Positions 1 to 9,668 of a DNA stretch of 64,000 nucleotides are shown in pieces. The stretch's first letter is position 1; each line of letters opens with the position of its first letter. The translations under genes and the position numbers were made by a program. The notes under the pieces are model-generated. The model made no database searches. It had not been told where the DNA came from and was given only the letters and a program-made list of their open reading frames with translations. Location: contig CAMRSV010000001.1 in assembly GCA_947053455.1 (NCBI GenBank), positions 186,087-250,086 on the forward strand, written 5' to 3'. The stretch comes from an uncultured Alphaproteobacteria bacterium. Lineage in GTDB: Bacteria > Pseudomonadota > Alphaproteobacteria > Rs-D84.

Positions 1-303
1 TACGGGGACAAATCGCGCCGTGCCCATTTGCGTTGCCATATTTATCAAATCATCGGTCTTTTTTATCGGTGCAAAATAAAGCGTTGCATGTCCCGACGGG
101 TCGGTGTGCGTCGTTTGTGCCCCTATAATAAAGCGCCGCCCGTCGGCAGAAAGCACCGCGTTAAATTCACGCCCCGCCCCAAACGCCAGAAAGTTGTCAG
201 TTCGCATAACGCGCCGCAGGTAGTGCGCCGCATCATCACCGGCCGGCAATTCCATGTTTTCATGCAAATCGTTTCCGATAAAGATACGTGGAATATTTTT
301 CAT
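1..303 (-). CDS. rsmE: 16S rRNA m3U1498 methyltransferase RsmE, 5' part (runs off window)
   Basis: Manual translation from ATG at 303: MKNIPRIFIG...AAHYLRRVMR...LYFAPIKR..LINMATQMGTARFVPV, matching RsmE N-terminal motifs (PRxF, HxxxVxR, ATELG-like). Absent from the ORF track because the stop lies outside the window. Confidence 0.8.
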   Translation of the reverse strand, partial: MKNIPRIFIGNDLHENMELPAGDDAAHYLRRVMRTDNFLAFGAGREFNAVLSADGRRFIIGAQTTHTDPSGHATLYFAPIKKTDDLINMATQMGTARFVPV

Positions 304-361
304 AATATTTTTTTAATTCCTGATTTATAATTGGCTTTTTTTCTGATATAATCATAACACA

Positions 362-2584
362 ATGCCAGACAAGTTCAAGATTTTATCCGCCGGTGGAAAG
401 GGCAAGGGCCTGAATATATTCAAGTCCAGCGCATATAAGGAACACGAACGTGTCCCAATGGCGCGCGAGTTCTGGATGCTGCGCTGGGCGATTGGGATAT
501 GGATTGCGTGCGCGTTGGCATTCGGATTTTCATTTGTGGCAGAGCATATCTGGCGCTATGGTTGGTCGCCGGCCACGGCACATTGGACAAAAATTTATCT
601 GACAAATATGCTGATGACGGGCGGCTTGTCCGTCGTGGCGGAAATTCCCGCGTGGATTATGCGTTCCGTAATGCGAACTGATATGATGTGTATGGCGCCA
701 CTGATACCGATTGTTGCGTATTATTTCATGTCGGACGGCGAATTGACCAAGGAGTTTAACCCCAACGCCAAGGACAAGTTTGAAGAAAAAACATCGCGCA
801 AGGCGAACAAGGAAGATATTGAAAAAATGGGTCTGCTGAATGGGTTCATGATGGTTTTGGGGTATTTCAAGAAAAAGCCGCTGATGTTCAATGAATGTCT
901 GTCGACGTTATGCGTGGCACCCCCCGGAACCGGTAAGACACAGGGTGTCGTTTTGCCGACTATTTTTGACACGACCGATGTTTCAATGATTATCAATGAC
1001 CCGAAACCGGAATTGAAACAAAAATCATCAGCATATCGTGCGTCAATCGGACCGACGTTTATCATGAATTGGGCGGGGCAAGATGACCCGGCGCGCGGAA
1101 TATATTACCCATCGTGGAACCCGTTGTCGCCTGAACACGTCCCGTTTAATACAGAACAACGCGATTTGTACATTGATTCCATGTGCAAGGTGTTAATTCC
1201 GGACAACACTTCTTCATCAGCTGACCCGCACTGGACTATTTCTGGTCGTGCGGCACTGTCTGGTATGGTGCAGTTCATTGTTTCCAAGGTAGAACGTGCC
1301 AAGGCGGACGACTATTTTTACGCACGCATTCAATCCGGCGAATTTAACGCCGAAGATGCGGCGGTTCTTTCCGATTATTATTTATCAATGATGAATGACC
1401 CGAACGCATATGCGGCAAGTGCGCTGCTGGCGCGTGGGGAACTAAATGCGGCCAACTATGTCCATGTTGGTACTTGGGAAAATATTCCTGATGCGTGGGT
1501 TGGTCGCGAGGCGTCGCTTTCCATGATTTTGGACTGGTTAAACGCGTCACAGATTGCCATTGCCCAGAATTTAGAGGAACGCCGTCGCCAAGGTGACCAG
1601 ATGGTTATGATGGCCGATCCGATGAAAGATTTGCTGCAAGGCGCAGTGGAAGAGGCGCGCCGCTATGCGTATGCGCATCGATCAATTTTGGAACTGACCC
1701 AGTTGGCGAACACCCCGGACAAGGAACGCGGCTCTATTTTGTCCACCGCAATGGCCGGGTTGTCGATATTCCGTAATGCGGCGGTTAAAAACCGCACCAG
1801 CCATTCGGATTTTCATTTTGCAGATTTGCGTGGCATGATTGACCCGCGTGATGGCAAGATGAAACCGGTGACGGTCTATTTATCGATAAACATGGTTGAT
1901 GCCCAGGCATTGAATCCAATTACGGGTATATTTATCGAACTGATGTCAAATTTCCTGTTGGCAAATATTCCAAATCAGGTCGGGGCGAATGGCGAAAAAA
2001 TGGGGCCATATCCTGTGTTGTTCGTGTTGGATGAAATGCCGAAAATGCAAAAACTTGAGGCTGTGATTCAAGGTCCAGACCTTGGGCGTGGACAATCGAT
2101 TTCATATCTGATAATCGGCCAGGATTTGCACCAGATTGCTGAAAAATATGGTAATGATGCGGCGGCAACTATCATTTCAACAACCGCGGCAAAAATTGTT
2201 CTGCGCCAAAATGACCCGGACACCGCCACAAGATTTTCGAACATGATGGGCGAAAAGATGGAGAAAAAGAAAGAAAAGGGTCCCGACGGCAAGGAAGTTG
2301 AGGTGACAAAGAAAGAATTGCTGTTTACGCCTATGGACATTATGCGCCTGGATAAGAAAAAACAATTGGTTATATATCAGGGATGGTATCACCGACCGAT
2401 TGAGGCCGACCATCAACCGGCATGGCAGGATTCGCGTTTGTCCGGCTATATGGCCATGGGCGAGGCAGCGCCGCTGCCGGAATTTTTGATACCGTCGCAT
2501 CATGCGATATTGGGTTATACGGGCACACCGCGCATTTATAATCCCATGACAGAAGAAATACGCGAACTTGCCCCATTGAAATAA
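362..2584 (+). CDS. virD4: VirD4/TraG-family type IV secretion coupling protein
   Basis: N-terminal TM segments; Walker A APPGTGKT; INDPKPEL; WNPL; Walker B LFVLDEMP; LIIGQDLHQI..YG motifs. Confidence 0.9.
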   Translation: MPDKFKILSAGGKGKGLNIFKSSAYKEHERVPMAREFWMLRWAIGIWIACALAFGFSFVAEHIWRYGWSPATAHWTKIYLTNMLMTGGLSVVAEIPAWIMRSVMRTDMMCMAPLIPIVAYYFMSDGELTKEFNPNAKDKFEEKTSRKANKEDIEKMGLLNGFMMVLGYFKKKPLMFNECLSTLCVAPPGTGKTQGVVLPTIFDTTDVSMIINDPKPELKQKSSAYRASIGPTFIMNWAGQDDPARGIYYPSWNPLSPEHVPFNTEQRDLYIDSMCKVLIPDNTSSSADPHWTISGRAALSGMVQFIVSKVERAKADDYFYARIQSGEFNAEDAAVLSDYYLSMMNDPNAYAASALLARGELNAANYVHVGTWENIPDAWVGREASLSMILDWLNASQIAIAQNLEERRRQGDQMVMMADPMKDLLQGAVEEARRYAYAHRSILELTQLANTPDKERGSILSTAMAGLSIFRNAAVKNRTSHSDFHFADLRGMIDPRDGKMKPVTVYLSINMVDAQALNPITGIFIELMSNFLLANIPNQVGANGEKMGPYPVLFVLDEMPKMQKLEAVIQGPDLGRGQSISYLIIGQDLHQIAEKYGNDAAATIISTTAAKIVLRQNDPDTATRFSNMMGEKMEKKKEKGPDGKEVEVTKKELLFTPMDIMRLDKKKQLVIYQGWYHRPIEADHQPAWQDSRLSGYMAMGEAAPLPEFLIPSHHAILGYTGTPRIYNPMTEEIRELAPLK

Positions 2585-2603
2585 TTAAAAATAAGCCGCC
2601 ATT

Positions 2604-2909
2604 TTATAAATTAGGCACGCAAATAATTGTCGCCATAAACACAATTATACATAATGATAATATATGCCCCGCCCAATGCAGGTAAGATGTGTATGGGTCG
2701 GCATAATTTTGTTGCATCATTCGGACAAAGAATCTGAAATGATTATCGCGGGCGCGCCGGTCGCTAAAATCCACCGAATATTTTTCGCCATCAATAAAGT
2801 TAAAAATAATTTGATATTTTGGATTGGCGCCGTATATATTTTTACAATAAATAACGCATTTTGATACCCGCATTGTCCAATTATGCTGAAAAAGCCATTG
2901 TTTGGTCAT
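2604..2909 (-). CDS. Hypothetical small protein with C-terminal TM helix, downstream of RNA cassette A
   Basis: ORF-track 2604..3068. Its 5' extension overlaps the structured RNA, so the start is placed at ATG 2909 (2873 is an alternative). Hydrophobic C-terminus. Confidence 0.5.
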   Translation of the reverse strand: MTKQWLFQHNWTMRVSKCVIYCKNIYGANPKYQIIFNFIDGEKYSVDFSDRRARDNHFRFFVRMMQQNYADPYTSYLHWAGHILSLCIIVFMATIICVPNL

Positions 2910-2934
2910 CTGCCCATCGCTTTGTTGAATATAA

Positions 2935-3158
2935 GAACAAAGACCGTCAGCAAGATGACGGTCGGGGTGTTGATAAATCAAACAACTAGTGATCCCGTTG
3001 CTTTCGACTTTCGCCTGTTGTATGGCAACGGCACCCCGACCATTTAAGATCAGGGATATTAACGACAATAACCATAGGAGCGTTATGCTAAAGCGTCCGG
3101 TTATGCCGAGTTGTTTGGGCTTATCAAGGCCCCGAACACCGGATCCCGCCGATGTTCA
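2935..3158 (-). ncRNA. C4-antisense-like RNA/attenuator cassette, copy A
   Basis: Hairpin GAACATCGG/CCGGTGTTC, then GGGGC hairpin with loop TTGATAA, linker CAAACAACT, a long hairpin, GGTCGGGGTG...CACCCCGACC stem with targets AGTTGTTTG and TTATCAA, and terminator GACCGTCA/TGACGGTC-TTTGTT. Confidence 0.8.
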
Positions 3159-3163
3159 ATTTC

Positions 3164-3192
3164 ACTATATCAGGAAAAAATGATATTTGCAA
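3164..3192 (-). promoter_or_regulatory. sigma70-like promoter of cassette A
   Basis: TTGCAA-17 nt-TATAGT just upstream of the first hairpin. Confidence 0.7.
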
Positions 3193-3336
3193 CAAATTCC
3201 GGGCATTTATCGCAAATTCGCCACCGCGACCGGCATGTTTCCACATGCCTATTTGCTTGTTTGCCCCCCCCCTTTGTTCGGGGGTTCTTCGTCCCTATAT
3301 TAAAAATTAAAACCGACACAAGGTCGGCTTGAATTT

Positions 3337-3413
3337 TGGTAGCGGGAGAGGGACTTGAACCCCCGACACGTGGAGTATGATTCCACTGCTCTAACCAGCT
3401 GAGCTACCCCGCC
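3337..3413 (-). tRNA. tRNA-Met(CAT), elongator type
   Basis: GGCGGGGTAGCTCAG...GTGGA-ATCATAC-TCCAC...GGTTCAAGTCC...CCGCTACCA cloverleaf. Confidence 0.95.
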
Positions 3414-3686
3414 AATGCACCGCATTATAACAGACATTTTTTTAAATGCAAGAAACAATTCGTTTGATTTTGCGACCCACCCCGGTTATTATTAATTTGA
3501 CGTCGGGTATTCCGGCGTTGGGATTCAACACCCATTGTATGCGCGTCTTGGCGGACGTTAAATGCTCCTGCAAGTGGCAGGAGTGCGATGCCATATATTG
3601 AAAACATCGCGCTATTGCGCATACGATAGTGTTGAAACTCCTGCCGTTTTATTTAAAACGGCTTTAATTATTTCAACACAAGGAGT

Positions 3687-4607
3687 ATGCAAATGTACAA
3701 ACATTGGAAATTTCGCGAACAGGTCGCGAAAACAGCATCAATATTTTTTAGGTCGAAGATAAAGCGCAGATATGTGCGCGATAAAATAAGATTTCATGAT
3801 TTTATCCAATCTGTTGGTGTGCAGGATGTGCCTTTGAAAAAGTATGCAAGGCCAATCGATATCGCGTTCTGTTTTGATGGGCGGGGTGCAAATCTGGCCG
3901 CGGTGGCGGTGCGATCGCTGGTTGATGCGGCGGCGGGGCTTTGCAATTATGCAGTATATTGCGTTGTTGACGATACTGTAACCGCTGCGCAGAAACGCAC
4001 GATTGAGAAAATGGTGGCGCATACCGATTCCACGATGACTTTTTTGCCGGCAAATCATGATTTTGACGCGGCGCGCCGCGCCGGATGGCCGGTTTCAATA
4101 TGGTATCGAATGATGCTGCCGAAATTGCTGCCAGATGTCGAGAAAATAATTTATGCGGATATTGATACAATATTTTTTCGTGATTTGGTGGAACTTGCGA
4201 GGATTGACATGGGTAAGAACCTGGTCGCGGGTGTGCCTGCGCATGGGAACAAATATATGAATTCAGGCTTTCTGGTTTTGAATTTGCAGCAAATTCGCGC
4301 GGAAAAACTTTATGAAAAATGGGTTGGGGTTGCGCAAATTAAAAACTATCGCCATCCAGATCAGGATTTGTTGAATTTTACCACACGTGGCCGTGCAATT
4401 TATTTGCCCCTGCGGTATAATTTTCAGACATATATGGGACGCCGGGTATTCAAACTATATTCTACCCGTGAATTAGAGGATTTACGTCATAACCTGGTCG
4501 TTATGCATTATTCAAATTGGATTAAGCCGTGGAGTGCCCAGGGACAGCGCCCCGTGTTTTCCGAATATTGGTGGGATGTGGCAAAAAAGACCGGACTGTA
4601 TAAGTAA
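3687..4607 (+). CDS. Glycosyltransferase family 8 protein
   Basis: IAFCFD, YRMMLPKLLPD, IIYADID (DxD), YMNSG, PDQDLLN, HY...KPW motifs. Confidence 0.9.
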   Translation: MQMYKHWKFREQVAKTASIFFRSKIKRRYVRDKIRFHDFIQSVGVQDVPLKKYARPIDIAFCFDGRGANLAAVAVRSLVDAAAGLCNYAVYCVVDDTVTAAQKRTIEKMVAHTDSTMTFLPANHDFDAARRAGWPVSIWYRMMLPKLLPDVEKIIYADIDTIFFRDLVELARIDMGKNLVAGVPAHGNKYMNSGFLVLNLQQIRAEKLYEKWVGVAQIKNYRHPDQDLLNFTTRGRAIYLPLRYNFQTYMGRRVFKLYSTRELEDLRHNLVVMHYSNWIKPWSAQGQRPVFSEYWWDVAKKTGLYK

Positions 4608-4699
4608 TATACAGTCCAGGATTTTGTTCATATAATTAATTATTGTGTTGTTTAATGAATGTTGTTGCATTATTTAGTGTTATGTTATATATTTTTCGT

Positions 4700-5266
4700 A
4701 TGAAAAAAATCGTGGCAATTTTGGGTGGTTTAGTATGTGTGGTGTGTGTAGTCCCGGCGCATGCGTTTAACCCGTTTATGGGTGAAAATGAAAACCAGAT
4801 TGCCGTAAATATAGGCCAGGGCGTAAACAGCGGATTCATTATTCCGCCACCTGAACAATTTGTGCCGTTTTATATGTTGCCGAATATTCAATATTCCCAG
4901 CCCACAACGTTTTTCAAGTTGCCCGCGCGCCAGTCGTTGAATTTTGGTGAAACGGTTGGTATGGCGAAAAAATACGGCTGGGATTGGCCGGATTATTCAA
5001 TCCCTATGATTTTTGCGTCGGGTGACGTGGCGCTGCTGTATGGGTGCAATTGGTACCTGTCTGCAGGTGCGGGTGTGGGGCTGCAGGCAAAACAGAATGA
5101 ACGCCTGGGGGCGAAATTATTGTTCCAGTTCAAATTGATTGCCGGATACAGATTTACCAAACATTGGGGCGGTGAATTTTTTATTCAACACTTTTCCAAT
5201 GCCAATACGGCTGATGAAAATAATTCCTATGCCTTTTATGGTCTGGGGGTGACGTACAGTTTTTAA
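4700..5266 (+). CDS. PagL-like/acyloxyacyl hydrolase outer-membrane beta-barrel
   Basis: Signal peptide from MKKIVA (4700); HFSNA catalytic motif; terminal YSF. Confidence 0.75.
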   Translation: MKKIVAILGGLVCVVCVVPAHAFNPFMGENENQIAVNIGQGVNSGFIIPPPEQFVPFYMLPNIQYSQPTTFFKLPARQSLNFGETVGMAKKYGWDWPDYSIPMIFASGDVALLYGCNWYLSAGAGVGLQAKQNERLGAKLLFQFKLIAGYRFTKHWGGEFFIQHFSNANTADENNSYAFYGLGVTYSF

Positions 5267-5268
5267 TA

Positions 5269-5928
5269 TTAAGCAGTCTTGTCGTGTGCGGTGCAAATTC
5301 CGACAACGGGGCATGACGCACATTGTGGGCGCAGTGCTTTGCAAGTATAGCGGCCATGGAGAACCATTACGTGATTTACCATTGCATGATATTTTTTTGG
5401 AATGATTTGCAGTAATTTTTCCTCTACCTTTTCAGGCGTATTGGCATCAACCCCAACCCAGCCGTACCGGTGCGCGTTGCGGAATACGTGTGTGTCGACC
5501 CCGATATTCGGCATTCCCCACATAACGTTCATAATAACATTTGCGGTCTTTTGCCCAATGCCCGGCAGTTTCATTAGTTGTTCGCGGTCATGATATTTTT
5601 TCGGAAATTTGTAGTCCGTTTCATTTGCACCGTCTTCATTCATCAATTGCGCCGAAAGTCTCATAATACTGCGCGCCTTGTTGTTAAAAAACGATATGAC
5701 ACGAATATACTCTTTTAATCCGTCTTCCCCCAGCGCCAGCATTTTTGCGGGTGTGGGCGCGACGCGGAATAGGGCGGGCGTCACCTCATTCACCTTTTTA
5801 TCGGTTGCCTGGGCGGACAAAATCACTGCCACTGCGAACGTGAATTCGTTCGTGGAATAGAGTTCGGACCGAATATTCATATCAACTGTTTTGGGTACGG
5901 CCTTAAAATACTGCTCTGGTGTCATCAT
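5269..5928 (-). CDS. nth: Endonuclease III
   Basis: VILSAQATD, HhH LPGIGQKTA, VDTHVFR, CxxxxxxCxxCxxxxxC 4Fe-4S motif. Confidence 0.95.
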   Translation of the reverse strand: MMTPEQYFKAVPKTVDMNIRSELYSTNEFTFAVAVILSAQATDKKVNEVTPALFRVAPTPAKMLALGEDGLKEYIRVISFFNNKARSIMRLSAQLMNEDGANETDYKFPKKYHDREQLMKLPGIGQKTANVIMNVMWGMPNIGVDTHVFRNAHRYGWVGVDANTPEKVEEKLLQIIPKKYHAMVNHVMVLHGRYTCKALRPQCASCPVVGICTAHDKTA

Positions 5929-5931
5929 GGG

Positions 5932-6321
5932 TTACCACCGTGTCGGGATTTCAAAATTCGGTTTTTTATGCAATTCGTCGCCAACTTTTTTATCACACAG
6001 TGCTGGGCACCCCGATTCACACAATGTATTTGCGTCCACCGCGTTCGCCGCCTGGAATTCCAGGTGGTTTACTGATTCAAGGTCCCAGAATGTCGCTTTG
6101 CGCGTGTCATCGGAAATAAAACATAGACACTTTGCAAAATATCCGATGATTTTATCGTTCTTGTTGTAAATTGGTTCCGCATCACGGCATCCATAGGATA
6201 TTTCATATTTGTGTGCCGTGTTTTGCGGATTTGACATGCGTTTTATATCGCTGCCAAGTCCCATATAGAACCCCAGCATCGCCGTAGTACAGAGTATCAA
6301 AATCCAAATTATTTTTTTCAT
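5932..6321 (-). CDS. Hypothetical exported Cys-containing protein
   Basis: N-terminal hydrophobic anchor and several Cys; tightly packed between ileS and nth. Confidence 0.6.
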   Translation of the reverse strand: MKKIIWILILCTTAMLGFYMGLGSDIKRMSNPQNTAHKYEISYGCRDAEPIYNKNDKIIGYFAKCLCFISDDTRKATFWDLESVNHLEFQAANAVDANTLCESGCPALCDKKVGDELHKKPNFEIPTRW

Positions 6322-6338
6322 GTATTTTGTTTTCTCCT

Positions 6339-9300
6339 TTATGCCTTTTGCAGACAGATTGCAAACTTGTGACCTTCAATCACGGTGTCAAAATCCGCGG
6401 CGTCGCCCGCATTCATATCAACAATTAATGCGTCGCGCATGATGCGTTCGCGATGATTTTCTAACGCCGCCGATAAATCTGCATCCGCCGCGTATGTCAG
6501 TTTTATTCGGTCAGACACATCAAGGCCGGCGGCCTTTCGTGTGTCCTGGATAAAGCGCAGCGCATCGTTTGCCAACCCTTCGGCCGCAAGTTCCGACGTG
6601 ACGGTCGTATCAATCACAATCGCCGCCGTATTGTCAGGCAGAGCCGCGCCCGTAATCCCCGCTTTTACCGTCAGGCGGTTTTCAAATTCATCCGAATTTA
6701 ATTCGTGTCCCGCCGCCGTCAGTTTATCACCATGGATTTCATATTTGCCGCTTTTTACCGCTGGTATGATTTCTTTTAGTGCACCACCGAGCCTGGCGCC
6801 GATTTTCGGCGTAATCAGGTATACGAACGCATCTGCAACAGATGTGGCATCCGGGGTGAATTCAACTGTCTTGACGTTCAGTTCATCGCGTATAATGTCC
6901 GCATATGCCGACAAATCTGCGCCCGCCACCGTGATGCGCGACAACGGCAACCGATTGCGCAGTTTATAGTTTTCGCGCAACTGTTTCCCAACCGACACAA
7001 CCGATTGCACCCGGCGCATGTCGGTTACAATTTGCGTGTCTGTACCGCAGTGGCCTGGGAAATCGGTTAGATGAACACTGGCTCCACCCGTTAGATTTCG
7101 ATAAATGTATTCCGAGATAAACGGTGCAAATGGCGCCATCAGGCGGCACAATGTTACCAGTACATGATGTAATACGTTGAATGCCGTCTGTTCTTCGTCC
7201 CAGAAACGCGCGCGCCCGCGGCGGATGTACCAGTTGTTTAAGATATCCAGGAAGCGGACAAACGCGTTAACGGCGGCGTCTGGCTTGTATTCATCCAAAA
7301 CGGCGCCAACCGTTGCGGTCAATTCGTCTAATTCGGCCAAAATATATTTATCCAGCGGATTAGATGACGATGTGTCATTCGTTGCGACAACCGTGCCCGC
7401 ATTGGCATAGAGTGTAAAGAAATGATACGCGTTCCACAGCGGTGTTAAAATCGTTTTTGCGGTTTCATTAAATACCTTGCCTTCCTTGTCCACGGGGACG
7501 GGTTCGGCCTTCATAAAATTAGACCCCAGGATAAATAGGCGTATCGCATCCGCGCCGAATTGTTCAATCTGGGTTTCGGGGTTTACAAAGTTTTTCAGCG
7601 ATTTTGAAAACTTCTTTTTGTTTTCATCAACCACCATGCCGTTTGCAGATACGGTTTTGAACGCCGGCTTGTCCCACATCGCGGTGGCCAGCACCATTAG
7701 CGCATAAAACCATCCGCGGGTTTGATCCTGGCCCTCGATAATATAGTCGGCGGGGAAAGTCGCGGCAAAGCGGTCGGCATTTTCAAACGGATAGTGCAGG
7801 GATGCCCACGGCATAGAACCAGATTCCACCCAGCAATCCAATACGTCCGGTATGCGTTCCCAACCGTCTTTTTTCAATGCGTCCAGTGTCGGTCGGTGCA
7901 AATCTTGTATCTTTACGCCAAAAAAGTCCTCTAGTTCCTGGATTGAACCGAACACTTTGTATTCGCCGTCGCGTGTCCAAATCGGCAGCGGGGTTCCCCA
8001 AAAACGATTGCGCGAAATAGACCATGGGCGTGCGTTTTCAATCCATGTGCGGAACCGTTCACCGGCCGATGTCCAGTTGACCTTTGCATTATTGGCCAGC
8101 AGTTTGTCCTTGATTTTCGGCACATCGATATACCATGAATCCGTGGCGCGGTAAATCAGTTTTTCCTTTGACCGGTCGCCGTACGGGTAAGAGTGCTTGT
8201 ACTGTTCCTTTTTAACCAGGTGCCCCGTGTTTTTCAGGTGTTCGATGATTTTTGGGCCGGCTGCAAATATGTTTTCGCCCGCAAAATCACGCACCGTTTC
8301 ATCAAAGTTGCCGTAGTTGTCGACATTTAATAATACCGGGAATTTCGGGTCCTGTGCCTTGGCCGCCCAGAAGTCGTCCGCCCCATATGCCGGCGCAATA
8401 TGCACGATGCCGGTACCGTCACTGTCGGAAACATAGTCGGCCGGAATTACCCGATACAGCAATCCCGTTTCGTTTTCATAATAATCAAACAGTGGCTTGT
8501 ACCGCATCCCGACCAAATCTGCGCCGGTTATACTGCCCACTTTTTCGGCGTTTGCAAATTGCTTTTCATATGCCGCAACGCGCGTTTCGGCCACGATATA
8601 AATCGCGCCATCGCTATCGCGCATGCGCACGTATTTCATGGCGGGGTTTACGGCCAATGCAGAATTTGCCGGCAGTGTCCACGGCGTTGTCGTCCATGCG
8701 ATTATGCGTTCGCCATTTTCTAGTTCGAACCACACCGTTACCGCGTCATCAATGACATCACGGTAATCCTGTGACGCCTCGGAATTAGAAACAACGGTGC
8801 CGTTGACCCAGTCGAACGGGTTCACCGAATAATCTTTGTACAGCAATCCCTTTTCATATAATGACTTAAGCGTCCAGAGCATGGATTCCATATAGTTTTT
8901 ATCCATGGTTTTGTAACCATACCCGTCGCCGATGTCGACCCAACGACCCATGCGGCGAATAAATTTTTCCCATTCGGTCGTGTATGTCATAACATCACGC
9001 CGGCATGCATCACAGAACGCGGCAATCCCGTCGTCAGAGACAATATCCTTGGCGGATTTGCCCAGTTTTTTTTCAACGCTGTTTTCGGCGGGCAACCCGT
9101 GACAATCCCAGCCCAGTTCGCGCCGCACGTGACGGCCGCGCATCGTTTGATAACGGCAAACCATGTCTTTGACCGCGGAAACGCCCAAATGTCCCCAATG
9201 CGGCAGACCGTTTCCAAACGGTGGCCCGTCATAGAAAGAAAACGGTTCGCCCATTTTGGTTTTGTTCAAACTTTTGTGGAATGTATCGTCATTTTTCCAA

Positions 9301-9371
9301 AATTCCAATATTTCGCGTTCGATTGCCGGAAAGTCCGCGCGTGGGTCTGTCTTTGGGTATGCCATTTTCAT
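6339..9371 (-). CDS. ileS: Isoleucine-tRNA ligase, type 2 (IleRS2)
   Basis: FYDGPPFGNGLPHWGH, GWDCHGLP, WTTTPWTLP, GTGIVHIAP, WSISRNRFWGTPLP, EGQDQTRGWF, KFSKS; IleRS2-type C-terminus (RKAAGLDVSDRI) without a zinc finger. Confidence 0.97.
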   Translation of the reverse strand: MKMAYPKTDPRADFPAIEREILEFWKNDDTFHKSLNKTKMGEPFSFYDGPPFGNGLPHWGHLGVSAVKDMVCRYQTMRGRHVRRELGWDCHGLPAENSVEKKLGKSAKDIVSDDGIAAFCDACRRDVMTYTTEWEKFIRRMGRWVDIGDGYGYKTMDKNYMESMLWTLKSLYEKGLLYKDYSVNPFDWVNGTVVSNSEASQDYRDVIDDAVTVWFELENGERIIAWTTTPWTLPANSALAVNPAMKYVRMRDSDGAIYIVAETRVAAYEKQFANAEKVGSITGADLVGMRYKPLFDYYENETGLLYRVIPADYVSDSDGTGIVHIAPAYGADDFWAAKAQDPKFPVLLNVDNYGNFDETVRDFAGENIFAAGPKIIEHLKNTGHLVKKEQYKHSYPYGDRSKEKLIYRATDSWYIDVPKIKDKLLANNAKVNWTSAGERFRTWIENARPWSISRNRFWGTPLPIWTRDGEYKVFGSIQELEDFFGVKIQDLHRPTLDALKKDGWERIPDVLDCWVESGSMPWASLHYPFENADRFAATFPADYIIEGQDQTRGWFYALMVLATAMWDKPAFKTVSANGMVVDENKKKFSKSLKNFVNPETQIEQFGADAIRLFILGSNFMKAEPVPVDKEGKVFNETAKTILTPLWNAYHFFTLYANAGTVVATNDTSSSNPLDKYILAELDELTATVGAVLDEYKPDAAVNAFVRFLDILNNWYIRRGRARFWDEEQTAFNVLHHVLVTLCRLMAPFAPFISEYIYRNLTGGASVHLTDFPGHCGTDTQIVTDMRRVQSVVSVGKQLRENYKLRNRLPLSRITVAGADLSAYADIIRDELNVKTVEFTPDATSVADAFVYLITPKIGARLGGALKEIIPAVKSGKYEIHGDKLTAAGHELNSDEFENRLTVKAGITGAALPDNTAAIVIDTTVTSELAAEGLANDALRFIQDTRKAAGLDVSDRIKLTYAADADLSAALENHRERIMRDALIVDMNAGDAADFDTVIEGHKFAICLQKA

Positions 9372-9384
9372 TTCCTTTGTGTAT

Positions 9385-9475
9385 TATTATAAAAAATGGG
9401 CGCCATATGCGCTCCGGACCACCGCCAAAGCGCAGTGCCGAATTATTTTATAATAATTATTGTTGCCTGATTCAT
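9385..9475 (-). promoter_or_regulatory. ileS leader: peptide MNQATIIIIK (9443..9475) plus alternative hairpins
   Basis: ATG AAT CAG GCA ACA ATA ATT ATT ATA AAA TAA, followed by overlapping stems and a T-run upstream of the ileS RBS. Confidence 0.8.
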
Positions 9476-9485
9476 AGTTAAAATC

Positions 9486-9561
9486 TGGTGCCGGTGATAG
9501 GACTTGAACCTACGACCCCCTCATTACGAATGAGATGCTCTACCAACTGAGCTACACCGGC
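9486..9561 (-). tRNA. tRNA-Thr(CGT)
   Basis: GCCGGTGTAGCTCAG...CTCA-TTCGTAA-TGAG...GGTTCAAGTCC...CCGGCACCA. Confidence 0.95.
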
Positions 9562-9668
9562 GTTGCCGCAATCATAATATATGTTTTTAAAAAATTCCAG
9601 AATAAAATAAATTTTTTTGGGATTTGTTTCGCCTGTTGATGTGGTTTTAATTTTGTTATATTCGCCAC

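Noticed and set aside
28-330. 100-aa + strand ORF
   Set aside because: Shadow of rsmE on the - strand.
362-3413. Integrative conjugative element at tRNA-Met
   Set aside because: No integrase, relaxase or att direct repeat was found; virD4 directly neighbours housekeeping rsmE.
9400-9435. GGTGGTCC in the ileS leader as a T-box antiterminator
   Set aside because: No room for Stem I or a specifier loop between tRNA-Thr and ileS; the leader peptide explains the region better.
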